A DNA stretch of 64,000 bases, taken from positions 7,814,001-7,878,000 of the forward strand of contig NC_087246.1 in assembly GCF_037042905.1 (NCBI RefSeq), read 5' to 3'. This document shows positions 38,487 to 52,600 of this stretch, piece by piece. The notes below the pieces were generated by a model. It was not told where the DNA came from. It searched no databases and saw only the letters and a program-made list of their open reading frames with translations. How positions within the stretch are numbered: the stretch's first letter is position 1; every line of letters starts with the position of its first letter. This DNA is from Lytechinus pictus (Eukaryota). A program made the translations under genes and the position numbers.

Positions 38487-39819
38487 TTCCACAAGAACTT
38501 CGCTTCACTTACACGTCAGTCAGACCAAGCCCCGAAACCAAGCTCAGCTCAGAGTCAGACTTGATCTGTTCTACTGAGTTGAGTAGTGCATGCAGATGAG
38601 CAAGTTGAAGCCAGGGAAGACAGGTAAGTCAAACTCTAGTCTAGACACCCGGGTCTAGACCAAAACTCTTCAGTCTCTGTATTTTGGTTGTTCCGCTGAA
38701 CTACGTTGGCTGCACTCACTACAATGCCACCACAATCTCGATCTAGCTCTCTCGATCGCTCTCCGGCTAGTACATGAGCCCTAGCTATTAGTAATTGGCT
38801 GGCCTTGAATGCACAGCAGCACAGCTAGCACTATACTCTATAGCAAGATGCAACTTTATAATCACCTGACAATAGAATTGGTCACATGACCAAATACATT
38901 GCTGCACAGCGAGCTAGCGCTTCACAGTAGTCAACATACGTTATTACACTCCACACAAATTGAGAGCCTACACAGCTCACAGACGAAAGATACAAGCCAA
39001 ACTTCTACAAAGAATTCCAGGGTCAAGGGACAATAAAGGGCAAGTAAAATGCTGCAGATTTAATAAACATGGGCATATCTCAATAAATAGAGTAAAATTC
39101 AAAGAGCAAAATGCTGAAAATTTGATCAAAATCGGATAACAAAGTTACTGAATTTGAAATTTGCAGCATTATTGTTTGGGTGAAACAGTTCTTCTAGGTA
39201 TGTCTTCATTAATATACATTAGGTGGGCAGATGATGTCATATCCCCACTTGATCTTTTGTATTTTATTATATGAAATAAGGTTTATTCAAACATTTTCTA
39301 CTAAGTTGTAGGAAGGTAGTGAGAACGGTGTAGACTTCTCTGTGTTAACAATCTGTAGAGACTGTTTTTTTAAGTTTTTTTTTAGCATCCATGTACGGTA
39401 GTCTTGATTTACTAATGATTTGACAAAGTATATAAGGACAAGTTGTTTATAATGTACAATATATAGATCTACAGTGATATGGCAAATTAACCATGATTTT
39501 AAAGACTTTCTCATCGCATATTTGTTTGCTGCAACTATGTTCCTTTATCTTACAGCTCCAGGTTAAAACTCTTCATAAATGGTAGACAGGAATAACCGTC
39601 TTTTCTGGGGATTTATTCAACAATTTCTGACATTTTACTGTAATCCCCATTTACCGACGGTAGGGTGTACGTGTGGGTTCGCATGTGTTCTCATTCCCTC
39701 CCTTTTGTCAATTCACAGTCCAAAGTTTGATGTAATTTTACACATCAAATTTACAATCTAAGGATGTATAACTATAAACAACAAACTTTTAACACTTGAT
39801 ATTCCAATATTTAAATACT

Positions 39820-40158
39820 TTAAACGATATAGATGAAAAAGGCATGAAAAATATACTTTACCGATGTTTAATTGGGTTGAACACGATAAAAATGGTCAAA
39901 ATGGCAGCCAAACTATAAAATATTTACAAACGAACGTCAACAATCACGAATGTGATATCGATATTGCTTTCGATATTATACGATCTGCTCCATATGCGAA
40001 CGAAACCGAAGATAAACGATACTAGTTATACTAGTACTAGTACTAGTTATAATCGCGATATATCGATTTGAGACATGTCTCGATGACTTAGATGTCTTAG
40101 ATGACAGATTTCTCAATCATCCAGAGGATTTTTTTCAATAACTCCGGCCCAAGGTATG
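39820..40158. promoter_or_regulatory. Probable bidirectional promoter with non-coding first exons of ARMC5 (minus) and CENPV (plus)
   Basis: Outward-facing donors: minus-strand GTAAAG near 39861 and plus-strand AAG|GTATGC at 40153. Locally CpG-enriched, with a CGATA cluster and YY1-like AAAATGGCAGCC near 39898. Confidence 0.55.
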
Positions 40159-41487
40159 CAATTACTTAAGTTATTTATATTTCCCTGATAATGGAAACCA
40201 TGAAACTTTCAATTTTGCTTAAAAAACAGTTTTAAATCGCGATCTATAAAACGCTAGTTCACTATACGTTGGCTGTAGGTACGGGGCCCCATCCCCTTCA
40301 GTCTATGTATGGTGAGTGGAGCCAACGTAGTTCAGCGGAACAACCAAAATACAGAGACTGAAGCTTTTGGTCTACATAAATGGTGGCTTGCTCAACAGAT
40401 TTGCTACACCTTTGGATTTCACCCCTGTGCAATTCAAATTACGTATCACAGAAATTTTTTTCTTATGAAAGGTGGTATGAAAAAGGAATTATATGCCTGA
40501 TGATATATCCACCCCTTAACAGAGAATGTTTCAAAATCTATAATTTGGAGCATACTGTTCTGAGGCACTCTTTTTAAATTAAAAAGGGAAATTTCACAAA
40601 CAATTAATGTTGTAAATCGGATAAAAAATCAGATCGAAAATCAGATCGGCAGTTAAGCTTCTAAAATTGAAATCGAATCGGCGATGTTTAAAAACAAAGG
40701 AATATATCAAAATTTTGTTCGCGGTTGCGCGCATCTTCCTGACAAAGTCACAAAGACGAATGCATTGGAATGGAAGTCGCCAACATGCGCGATCGTTTGG
40801 AACATGTTTTAAAAGGGTTTTGAGGTGTTACTGCTTTACAATGAAATGAGTGATTTTATTAGAAAGATAAACGAATGACACATCTTCCAAGCAAAGTCGC
40901 AAAGGAAAATAAAATGAAAATAATTCTCTTAGATCACAGGTCAATGAACAATCGGCGGGACATCTTTTATAAGCATTTTTATGTTAGGTGCTAGCGATTT
41001 AGAATTATTGGAATGATCACTTGATCAAACATTATCATAAAATAGAGAACAATGAGTTGAAATTTGTTTGTTATTGAGGTAGTGAAAAAAATAAATGACT
41101 AAAAGTAGGAACTAATTAACCCCTCCCCCCCCCCAAAAAAAAAAAAGAAGAAAGTCTAGCATTTGCCACTTGGAGAACAAGGTTTGATTTACATAATTTA
41201 CTGATTCCATCTTGATGTCAAGTTGGTAAAGGAGAAGGATAAAGAGAAGGGGAATAAGGGGCAGAAGAAGAAAAAGGAGGTGGCAAGAAAAGGAAGAGGA
41301 GGAGAATGGGAAGAACAAGAATTAAAAGAAGGGAAGATGGAAAAAAATGAGGAAGAGATGAATGAGGAGATGAGTAAGAAAACAAAATAATAACTTAAGA
41401 AGGAACAATATATCTGACTGTTAATTATATGATTTAAGTATGAGCAATCCTCTCTTTGATTATCAATAGGATCCTAGTAAATGAAGC

Positions 41488-41603
41488 ATGGCCACTGAAA
41501 CCAAAGAAGAGACCCCTTTGATCAAACACACAGGAGGATGTCATTGTGGATTGGTGAGATTTGACGCAATGGCTCCAGCTGTTATTACTGTAATGGACTG
41601 TGA
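41488..41603 (+). CDS. CENPV: CENP-V / GFA-family protein, coding exon 1
   Basis: MATETKEETPLIKHTGGCHCGLVRFDAMAPAVITVMDC carries the KHTGGCHCG motif of CENP-V. Donor GTAAGT, phase 2. Confidence 0.92.
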
Positions 41604-42432
41604 GTAAGTCATAGCATGATTGTTTATTAATAAAAAAGAGTGGGGGTATGAAATATGATGTTATTATCATGACAGTTACAGATTAATGAAATGTTCGTGT
41701 CATTCATATCAGATAAGTAGATTATGTTTGAAAATATGTTCTGTAGAATTTGGTGAATGTACCCCATAAATGAAATTCATTTCATTGAGTTTTCTCTCCG
41801 AGTCTTTATTCTCCTATAAATACTCTCTATGAAGTTCTTTAACTAATAACCCCTAATATACAAAGTGATTTATATGCTTCTCAATGCTTGTGTAGCCAGA
41901 TGAAAGGTGCCTACACACTTGAATATAAATTGTATAGTCACCAACAGATCTAAAAACACTGGCTGAATTGAATATTCTTGTCACCTCTGTATTAAGTATC
42001 ATTTATGAATAAATAAAGGTGTGGTATTAAATATTGGGCAATTTAATGTGCATTGAGAAGGATGACACCTGCCATTTTGAGGGGGGAGGGATTAAGTGCC
42101 CCATTAGAGACTATTTGAATTCTAAATAAAACACAGAGTATTAAGAATTGGACAGCTTCTCTTTTTCCCACTTGTTTTCTTGAAAGTCACAGGGAGTCCC
42201 CCTCGATCCCTACCCTCAATCACCAGCTTTTGTAACCAAAATAGTAAATTGAAATTTGTTGCTCTCATTGAAGTACACATACTGCTATTAAATGCTCAAT
42301 TTAATAAGTTACATGTAATTTAATGTTTTTATAGCGATCAAGTTTCTTTTATATAGTGTGTAATATTTCTTAAGTATTTTTTTTTTAATTTGAGCATGCA
42401 TGTTGTGATATTAAACCCACTTTTCATTTCAG

Positions 42433-42502
42433 TTGCAGCGTATGTGTGAAGAAACAGAACAGGCATTTCATAGTCCCAAACTCAAAGTTCAAACTTTTAC
42501 AG
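42433..42502 (+). CDS. CENPV: CENP-V / GFA-family protein, coding exon 2
   Basis: (D)CSVCVKKQNRHFIVPNSKFKLLQ. TTTCAG acceptor, GTTAGT donor. Confidence 0.92.
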
Positions 42503-44007
42503 GTTAGTCTCTTTCACGCAAAAAAAATAATTGGTTTAGATTGATGTTGCTACACAGTAGGAGAAAATATTGCATCAAGATTTAAAAAAAAACCACAGAT
42601 ATAATAATTTCTTTAAAATTTCTCACTGATCAATACCAAGTTTCCATTGTCACGATTTGAGCCATGATTGAAACTTGGTTTTAATTTTGGAATAATCATA
42701 GTGCTCGTATCAGATCAGGTGTGGCAATGATATTGATTGTAGAAATTTTTTTGTATGGTACAGTTTTTTCGTGATCAGCATTGAAAAGCCAATTGTGGCA
42801 TTTGTAATGGATCCTATGACAATGAGTTATAATGAGGAATTCCCTCCTAAGATCAATGTGGTTTGACGAGGACCCCCCCCCCCCCAAGAAAAAAACCCAC
42901 ACACAAATGAGAATAAACATTGGATGCTTAAAAAAAAAACATATCAAAATAATTTTTTTTTTTCACCGCACTGTAGATGCCCAATTTGTCTTATTTTAAA
43001 TTTCATTAAAAAAGCTACTTTTTGTGGTTCAAGATGACTGAAATTGTATTTGAGATAATATGACTTAGTGAAGATTGAATACTAAGATACAATCATTTTT
43101 CAATATTCTGAGAAAATTGCATGATGGGGAATGTAAGCTTATGATATTTGGGGAGCTGCATATACAAATATTCACCAAACCTTTATTTATGTTTCTTCCA
43201 TTTTCTTTCTTTTTCAACCTTATGCATGATGTCATAATCTCATAGCACACTCTCTCAAGGATATTGCGTAAACGGAATTGTCAGAGATGCACCAGCTGCA
43301 GATCACAAACTCATGCAAGGTTCAGCTTCTAAGATAGCAGAACAATGATGCCAATGCATAAGGTCTATTGAAAAATAAAGCAACCTTGATGTCTGGTTAA
43401 CTTTACCTTTATGACAAATTCGTTGTGACAAACTCAAAGTTCAAACTGTCGAAAATGAGTTCTGTCAATTTGTGCTCGTTTTATGTTGCAAAACTTGATG
43501 CAAACTTGCTTATAATCTAGACGGAGACTGCATCTATATTTCTGCCGTTATAATTCACTTTAAGTGATGCATCTGGTGCAGCGAGACTACAGTGATTGTA
43601 ATCTAGGCGGAGGCTGCGGCTATGTCTCTGCTATCATGTGGAAAAGATACCTCTGATGTGGTGAGACTACGGTTTGTGCAAAGCAACCAGCACCTATTTA
43701 ACCTCTCGTCTTGTGTTTAAATTTTTTTTTTATTAACCACGATGTGGTAGGCGTTTTCTTTTTAAAAAAACTGCCACGGGACATTCATCCATTAACAAAA
43801 AAAAGGCTAACGCAAGACGGGACTGTATTATGGTCTGTGATCTCGCATTGCTTATGTGTAGCATAACAGCATCAAGCTCGTAAAGCCTCCGCCTAGGCAT
43901 ACCACCCCACAATAAGGCAGTTACATGGTGTGAAAATTTAATGGGTAGGGCTGGAAGAAAGTTGCATGATAGGCCTCAATGTGCCAATGAACAGGGTATT
44001 ATATTAT

Positions 44008-44611
44008 TCCACAGAGAACAAGACCGCTGAAAGACCTTTGAAAGACCATGAATTCTTGTTGATCTTTCAGAGGTCTCTCAATGAACCTACAATGGTCTTT
44101 GAGGTCTTACACGAGTCCTGACCAATCTTTCAGTGGTCTTCGTGGTCTTCATGGGCTCCAAAACTTTTTGAAATGGTTCAAAACAGTCTTACAACGGTCT
44201 TATAGGAAAATGGTCTTTCAGTGGTCTTTCGGCAGTCTTTCAGCGGTCTTCCGATGAACTTTCAAAGGTCTTAATAGTCTTTCAATGATCTTTCGGCAGT
44301 CTCTCAAGATTTTTGCGGAGATAACTGTAAGACTCATTGGAGATCATTGAAAGACCAGGCAAAGTCCATGGAAAGAATTTTGAAAGATCACTTGTTGCAT
44401 AAAAGATCTCTGAAAGACCATTGAAAGATCTCTATAGGACTAGTCTAAGACCAGTAAGACAAGAAATATCCATGAGTCTTTCAGAGTTCTTTGAGGGGTC
44501 TTTCTGAGCCATTCCACAGAGATGACAAATTTCAGTGATCTTGAAGACTGCTGTAAGACCTCACCAATTTTAAGTCTTTCAGTGGTCTTTCAATGGTCTC
44601 CGTTCTGTGGA
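44008..44611. mobile_element. Non-autonomous element with 2-bp TSD (EnSpm/CACTA-type architecture)
   Basis: TCCACAGA / TCTGTGGA termini, AT on both flanks, many internal TGAAAGACC / GGTCTTTCA motifs in both orientations. Confidence 0.7.
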
Positions 44612-44899
44612 ATGGGGGCCTAAGAGATGTAGTTCAGATGAATGAAATGTTATTTGAAAGTGTAATGTTACCATCGTTATATTGATGACCTTGGAATTGA
44701 ATGTCTTAAGAATGAAAATTATCATTTAATAGCCAATAGAAATAGATTATCCTTATACATTCACTTTTTCTTCAGTATAATCAGCTTTTGACATCTTCCA
44801 TATGGTCGTGCTTTTTAGCCGAAAAAAGACATACGGTACTTAACTCTTATAATTTACTTTCCCTATCTATTTTCTTCATGCCCTATTTGTGTTTGTCAG

Positions 44900-45014
44900 G
44901 GAGAGGACATGCTGACATGTTATACATTCAACACACACCAAGCCAAACATACATTTTGTAAAGTATGTGGAGTACAGAGCTTCTATACTCCGAGGTCAAG
45001 CCCTGATTGCAAAG
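44900..45014 (+). CDS. CENPV: CENP-V / GFA-family protein, coding exon 3
   Basis: GEDMLTCYTFNTHQAKHTFCKVCGVQSFYTPRSSPDCK contains the FCxxCG zinc motif. CAG acceptor, GTTAGT donor. Confidence 0.93.
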
Positions 45015-45879
45015 GTTAGTCTACGGGGCGATGTCACCGGTGGATCATCAGCCCCTCTTTAAAGTATTAAGAAAAAAACAAGAAAAGTAGACCGAAAAGA
45101 AGGAAGAATATTTGGAAAATAGATGAATTTATAACAATACCCATTATACCCGTTTGAAAAGTTAATCAAAGTTCCCTCCGAGTCCATTATTCCCTGAAAA
45201 GACCCCTGCTGAATGTTTGTGTGTGTTTTTATATAAAGCTTATAACGTCATACTGACCTTCAACAGATTTTTATTTGCAGAAAGATTCTGTGGGCCAAAT
45301 GTGACAAAAAGAACGGTCTTTTTAATGCAGTATTATTTTGCAACTGAAATGACTGTTTCAAGTCTGATTGGTCTTGTGAATGCATAATTTGGTGGTAGTA
45401 TATTTTCCATTGAATCCTAGCTTAAAAGTCTAAGCAATATGCTAAATCAGTACTATTGCTACTGTCCATTTTAGTATTACTATGTACTTTTTAATTTTCT
45501 CTTTCAAAATGTTTTAAAACTTATGAACAATAGTCCCTGTGGATTCACTTATCCATACCAAACTGTATTTTGTGGTGCTAGGTGCAGGTTAAGTCATCAT
45601 CTTTAAATAAAACTATATCGATAAAAGAAAGCCAAACTTTTATTTTTTTATAAAGAAATTTGATTATTTTTTTTAGATGTTGTAAATCATGTTTATGATA
45701 TATTTCAGGCATCCCCTTCTTATTGATCAGTCTACGCAACTTGAATTTTGCTACATTTACCAGAAAATTGGGTGACACTGGCCACCTGTCTCCAAAAGAT
45801 ATAAATAATATGTTTGTGTGTACTAGAATAATTTGGAATGAATAATTTGTCCTTTCTCTCTTTGCCTTTTCTCCTCAAG

Positions 45880-46004
45880 GAATCAGCCCTCATTGCATAG
45901 ACCCTGGGACTATACAAGGAGAGATAGTTGAGAAGTTTCATGGAGTTAATTGGGAAGAAACCTTCACAGCAAAGGGTGGCTATGAAACTTTTAATAAACA
46001 ATAA
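45880..46004 (+). CDS. CENPV: CENP-V / GFA-family protein, last coding exon (protein total 141 aa)
   Basis: (G)ISPHCIDPGTIQGEIVEKFHGVNWEETFTAKGGYETFNKQ-stop. Pyrimidine tract with AAG acceptor; phases are consistent. Confidence 0.9.
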
Positions 46005-47834
46005 AGGAAGGTAAAGGGTAAATTAACTATTTGATTAGATGATCTTGTAAACTTAAATCATTCAATAATTGGTGCTATTATTGGAGTAATAGTCTTCCCC
46101 GTAATATATATATACTCATGAAAGACATAAATATTTTTCAGTAAATATATTCAGTCAATGATATACACATTTATGCATCTATACCTTTCAAATATATTGT
46201 TCTTGAGGACCAAAAAGTTTTCTCAAGGATTGCCAGACAAAGCAACAAGTACTTATTAGAAACTGGAATTTATTTATTGAAAGAATGCTAATGTAAAATT
46301 TTAACAAAGCACTCAATATTTATTGGATAACCAAAAAAATACTAGCATTACTGTCTATTGACTTGATGAGTTATGTTCATTCACACTTACAAAATTAACT
46401 CCATATGAACAAAAGCAAGCAACAGAGTTTATCATTAAAATTTTTATTAAAAATGTTTCTATTTATAGATGTATTGGCTCTCTCTACTTCCTGGCAATGA
46501 GAGGACCAACTCTGAAATATATTGAAGAGTAGCTGTCGTAACAATCCACAATCTAAACCCCCCTTTTGCCTGGCTTTTTGGATCCAAAAACATCTGACAC
46601 CCATATTACTTCGCTGATATATATTTCTGTTTATAGAGGTTCACTCTTGCCTGGCAAGATGTATTCATAAAAATGTAGTATGTAGTGGTAAAAACTGTCA
46701 AGATTTCAGGATAATACAATTATGACCACCTCAGGTTCAACAATCCCTCACCCCCCCCCACCCATTTTATGTGGTCTTCTGTGATACAAGTTTGCTTATA
46801 ATTGCATATCCAAAATACACTGTACATAATTGATCAATTGTGTCATTATGCGAATAGGCCTCAATGAAATTTATTATGGTATTAAAGTTGTATTGCAGTA
46901 CTAAAATATTGCTGTTGGTTCAGAATTTATCAGAATTTATATTTTAATTTGTTTTTGTAATCATAATAATGTTTAAATCCTGTGTTGCATTAAATGCATT
47001 AGATGGTATTCACATAATTAGTTCACCACAATTCCTAAACCTAACATAGACCATATTTTAATGAAATGCTAGTTTCCTTTTTTCACCAAGTATTACAAAT
47101 CATTTTAATTCTGAAGTTCTTATTTCTTTTTATAAATGATTTTTATTATATGAAAGAAGAATAATATGATAAGGAGTATATATTAAATGTCATTGAAATA
47201 TCTTCAATAGTAAAAAAAAAGTAAGATTGACACTAATCCAAGGTGGTGTGGATTAAAAAAATCTTGTTCAGTCTACAGTTGGATTTACAAAAGTATACAA
47301 AGCATATATTTCATTTTGCAGCGACACAATATTTGCCTTTTCCCTCATTTTCCTCATTTCTCAAGACTAATTTCAGTTCTGGGTGGTGTTTTTATAAAAC
47401 TGTTCATAACTTGATTGAAATTGTCACATTTATCAAGTCTATCCAAAGATCAGGTGTTTTCTTTTCATGGGAGGACATGTAGTAAAGGTAAAATGTTTCA
47501 TAAATATATATCATGGGCAAAGAGTTTGGATCATTTGAATTAACAGAAATAGATGTTGTGGTGTACTTCCTTTGTAAAAGGGGGAAGTTTTATTCATGTG
47601 ACCTCACAAATTTTAGTCATATTGCCAATGGGGGATCCATAGCATTAGGGATCTTGCATTCAAATGCTTGTAACTTTCTCATTAATTGTTCAATATTTCT
47701 TAAACTTTCAGTGATTTGTTTCTTTGATTTTCTGTTTTCAGACAAGCTTAGTTGATCCAAGGGCTTCATTCTCCTTTGAAGTCAATTCTGTTATGTTGTG
47801 GTATATAATGCCTGAAATATTGTTTATTTTTTTC

Positions 47835-47870
47835 AATAAATCGAGTCTTATTGTCTCTTGTTTTTTGTTA
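47835..47870 (+). terminator. Candidate polyadenylation signal for CENPV
   Basis: AATAAA at 47835-47840 followed by a T/GT-rich tract. Confidence 0.35.
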
Positions 47871-48251
47871 TGATTAAATATATCAAATATATTTTAATAT
47901 CATGTTTTCGTGTGTGTTATCTTCTTCATCGATTCCAATTCTTTCCAATTGAAATAGAATTTAAAACTAACAAGGGAAATTCATAGATGGAGTGGAAATA
48001 CATGAGGAAATAACACAAGATAGCTATTTAAATTCTGTCAGGGAGGGGTAGTGATCCATGTTTCAGATTGAGGGAGGGAAGGGGGGTAAAATTAAAATTT
48101 TACAAATTTATTTGCTTAATATTGTTTTTATGCAAGTTTAATTGTTTTGAGCTGTTTAAAACATATTTGCATTGCATATTATACAATTTTCAAGTGGTCA
48201 AAGTTATTGGGATGGTGGAGGGGGGAGCCATGCAATTGATGTTTCCCCAAT

Positions 48252-48420
48252 CAGGGGCCGCGGAACGGTTTTCAAAGTGGGGGGCTTAGCCAAAAGTGGG
48301 GGGGGGGGGCTGACCATGCAATAAGTCACAATCCTATGGTAATTTTTACGTTTTTGTACACAGTTTTGGAAAAAAGTGGGGGGCTGAAGCCCCCTATGCA
48401 GCCCGCTTCCGCGGCCCCTG
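48252..48420. mobile_element. Short CAGGGGC-type MITE
   Basis: 14-bp TIR CAGGGGCCGCGGAA. Confidence 0.7.
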
Positions 48421-49671
48421 CCGATAATACCCCCTCTTGATGCCTCTGCTAGTCAGTCTTCTGTATGTGTTGAATAGGCACACATACTGTATGTGGTTAT
48501 TTAGTATGGGAATATGGGAGATGCTTTGGGCATTGAAGAAAGTAAGAGCAAGAGTGTTAATTGTAGGGTATGGTAAATTCAACTTGAGAGTGTTCATGGG
48601 GAATGCATGAACATGATACATTCGGAAAAGTCAGAAACATATTCAATCATTGAAAATGTGTTAAAGAGAATTGGCCGGGGAATAGGCCTATATATACTGT
48701 AGAAGGTAATGGTCCGGGTAATGGTTAAGAGAAAGTGAGGAATATATGAGAATGTGGACTAGCCAGGCTATTATTGTTAAAAATGGAATCCTGAAGTAGA
48801 TGAAATGTGAATGAAAAGAAAGTGAAAGTAGCTAGCATTTGTGAATGTGGAATATATGTGATATTCAGTGGAATTGATATGTGAAATTGATTTATATATC
48901 TTGAGAAGAAAAAGTGGAATATTAGATTGTGAAAGAGTGCATATAATGTGAAAGTGTGGAATATAATGAGAAAATTGAATTTGCCAATTAAGGAGTGTAT
49001 ATAGATGTGAAGAGAGGATTTTGCAACTTCCCCGGTCCCGCCTAGCCTTGAGGACTCCGTGATGATATTTAAAATTATTATTTAGATGTAGTGTTTTAGA
49101 GGTGCAGATATTTCTTGACGTCTTGCGAGGTTGTTTCGAGGAGACAAAATATTGAAATTGATTTTTAACGTGCATGCCTATGCAAACCGTTTCAAAATTT
49201 TCAATATTGGACGAAATGAATATTTTGCCCCGCCCACAAGATTATCATTGGTTAATAAATGAATGTGCGCATGAAGCTATTGTAACGTCACAATGAAATT
49301 GCATTGCGTATTAGTTGCGCTTTTCATAATTATGCAGACGACACTCGCTAGAGCTACATGTAATTTATGTGAGAATTTTACGTACAATGCAATACATACA
49401 ATGCAATTGTGTGAATTTGTTGTTTATATACCTACCGGTACCGTACACTAGGCCTACTACTAAACGAACATTTCTTTATTAATTTATGTTTAACTTTGTG
49501 GGGGTATCTAAATATATAAGAATATTATGACCAATTTTAAATTGTTACTCGCTGAAGAACAATATTGGATTCGTCTTCGACTCATCCAATATAGTTATTC
49601 AGCTCGTACAATATTTCAAAACGCATCCCACTCAAGGCCCGGACTCAAGGCCATCCAATATTCCCTTAATA

Positions 49672-52600
49672 TAGTAGACTTGTTAAGAGGTTGAACGCTG
49701 CATTTTTTAGTACAAATGTCCCACTTGGCACAAATGTTCTTTGAGTCAAAAGAAAAAGATTTATCCAAAGAGACACGCTGTATCTATGCAAATAAGCAAG
49801 TAATTTGCATAAATTTGCATATTATGTCGATATAGTAAAAACAAGTATTTCAGAAGATATATTTAACCAGAACTGCCCTAAAATTGGAAATAAAGAGTTA
49901 GGGTAAGAAAGGGAAGAAAATTGTCATAAAATAATTGGGATATCCTTGTTTATTATTACCTAATTTACATAAATTATGCAAATTATAATTTAAAACAGAG
50001 TATTTTTCCATGAATCCTGAACTGTTTTATAAATAACAGCAATTAATACACAATGTCAACATTCTACATGAAAGAGAATATATTAGCGAAAACATCGATA
50101 TGCTTCATGACAGTATTAGTGTCTTAATTTGCTTAGAAAGAGGGCAAATATGTCAAAATGTATGACGTGATATTGCGCTAAAACGAGACCAAAACAAGCT
50201 CTATGTCACAGTCACACTCACGAATCGAATTACAATAAAGCGATCAATGGTACTTCATTCGAAATAACACAATCCCAACACAATAGCTTCCATCGGCTTC
50301 TCGTATCGCTTTTGTTGATGTGTCTGCCACACCGTAATCTATGATACATACGGACAAAATGCATTTCGGTATCGGTAAAACACTATTAATTTTGTTTTAT
50401 TTGTTTCTAATTTGTTTCTCTTGGAAAGTTTACAGGAGACATTGCTTTGCAGGTTACTGCTTTAATGAAACTCTGGCACATGAATCATGACGAATGTATC
50501 CTACCTCAATCCATATTTTAACTTTATTAAAATATATATCTTTTGGAGACCCCGAAGTGGCAAAACTGCACCCCCCTGGCATTCCCGCCACTTTATAAAA
50601 CCAGTTTGACTTGTATAATCGACTTGGAAAAGACAGACAGTTCTCCTCTTGAAAAAAAAAAAAACATAGAAGGCATCGTAAAATAAGTTCGTGTACGTGA
50701 CGGTGGCCCGTCGAAGTTGCCCAACCCTTTATTTTGTTTTGACAATATATATTTAGAATATCGTCTAAATGAAGCCCTCATCTGGAAAGGGCACTTATTA
50801 AAGGCAGCATCTACATTATAGAGGAGGCCCTGGCACTGGGAAGAAGGGGCTGAAGCTTGTTAAATTTCTTGGGACAAAAAAATTACATTGAACCTTTTTT
50901 GCTTTTCAAATTTACATCAAGAAATTTAACAAGCAAATAAACAAAATGGATTGCACTAAAACATTAAGCTTTTTTGGTAACGTTTCTTTTTTTTTTTCGT
51001 TTTGTCACATCTGCCGGAATTCCAGGGGGTGCTGTCTATGGAGAATAACACACGCAGCACACCCCCCTTCCGGAAAATCTTGCGGGTGCTTCAGCCCCGC
51101 TTCCAAGTACCAGGGCCTCCTCTATATAATGTAGATGCTGCCTTTAATAAGTGCCCTTTTCCAGATGAGGGCTTCATTTAGACGATATTCTAAATATATA
51201 TTGTCAAAACAAAATAAAGGGTTGGGCAACTTCGACAGGCCACCGTCATGTACAAGAACTTATTTTATGCGATATAAAACAATGCCTTCTATGTTTTTTT
51301 TTTCAAGAGGAGAAAGTAAAGAGGCTTCACTGTGTGTAGTAGAAATGTATCTTTCTTCCGAATGGGCTCTTAAAATATTTAAATTTAACATAGAGTGGAA
51401 TCAATAAAGGGGTTTGAGTATTTTAGAGCTTACGTGTGGCTTTTCTTCAATGTACCACATCTCTTCTACATGTCAATTGTATATTATTTTCTCCTCAATC
51501 TATTCCAAGATATCAATACAAACAAAAGTAATCTTTTAAGAGTTCTAAAGACAATAAACTATTTTTTAATACATAGAACCAAAAGGGGAAAGGGTATCCT
51601 AGGCATGCTATTGTTGGGTTATAGCCTTTACTGTGCTAGAGCATTATTACAAACTGCAGAACAACAACAATAATAATAATAACAATAGTAATACTAATAA
51701 TATTACTAATAATAATAATATTAATAAAGATAAATATGAAATGAAGATATAAAAGTTGCTTTATACCAAAAACGCAATTTGCCCTGCCGGCGGTGGCTTT
51801 AAAACACGATATTTTTTATTTAGTGTCGAAATACAGAGAGGGGATGGGGTAAATTCGGAGGGCTCCCGTGGACGTAGGCTTAAATAAACAAAAAAAAAAC
51901 TTCAGGAAACATGTTAACTGATGTCTCATACATCTGTCTTTTCCATGTCGATAATACAAGTCAAACTGGTTTTGTAAAGTAGCGGGAATGCCGCGGGGAA
52001 TGCAGTTTTGCCACTTCGGGGTCTCCAAAAGATATATATTTTAACAAAGTTAAAATATGGATTGAGGTGGGGGTACATTCGTCATGATTCATGTGCCAGA
52101 GCTTCATTAAAGCAGTAACCTGCAAAGCAATGTCTCCTGTAAATTTTCCAAGAGAAACAAATAAAACAAAATTAATAGTGTTTTACCGATACCGAAATGC
52201 ATTTTGCCCGTATATACCATAGATTACGGTGTGGCGGACACATCAACAAAAGCGATACGAGAAGCCGATGGAAGCTATTGTGTTGGGATTGTGTTATTTC
52301 GAATGACGTACTGTACCATTGATCGCTTTATTGTTCGATTCGTGAGTGTGACTGTGACATAGCTGAGCTTGTTTTGGTGTCGTTTTAGCGCAATATCACG
52401 TCATACATTTTGACATATTTGCCCTCTTTCTAAGCAAATTAAGACACTAATACTGTCATGAAGCATATCGATGTTTTCGCTAATATATTCTCTTTCATGT
52501 AGAATGTTGACATTGTGTATTAATTGCTGTTATATATAAAACAGTTCAGGATTCATGAAAAAAATACTCTGTTATAAATTATAATTTGCATAATTCATGT

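Noticed and set aside
38620..38629. Perfect plus-strand donor CAG|GTAAGT antisense to ARMC5
   Set aside because: No supporting acceptor, promoter or meaningful ORF; a single motif is expected by chance.
50593..51407. Two ORFs sharing MRASFRRYSKYILSKQNKGLGNFD
   Set aside because: They are the two arms of an inverted repeat inside a foldback element, with no coding evidence.
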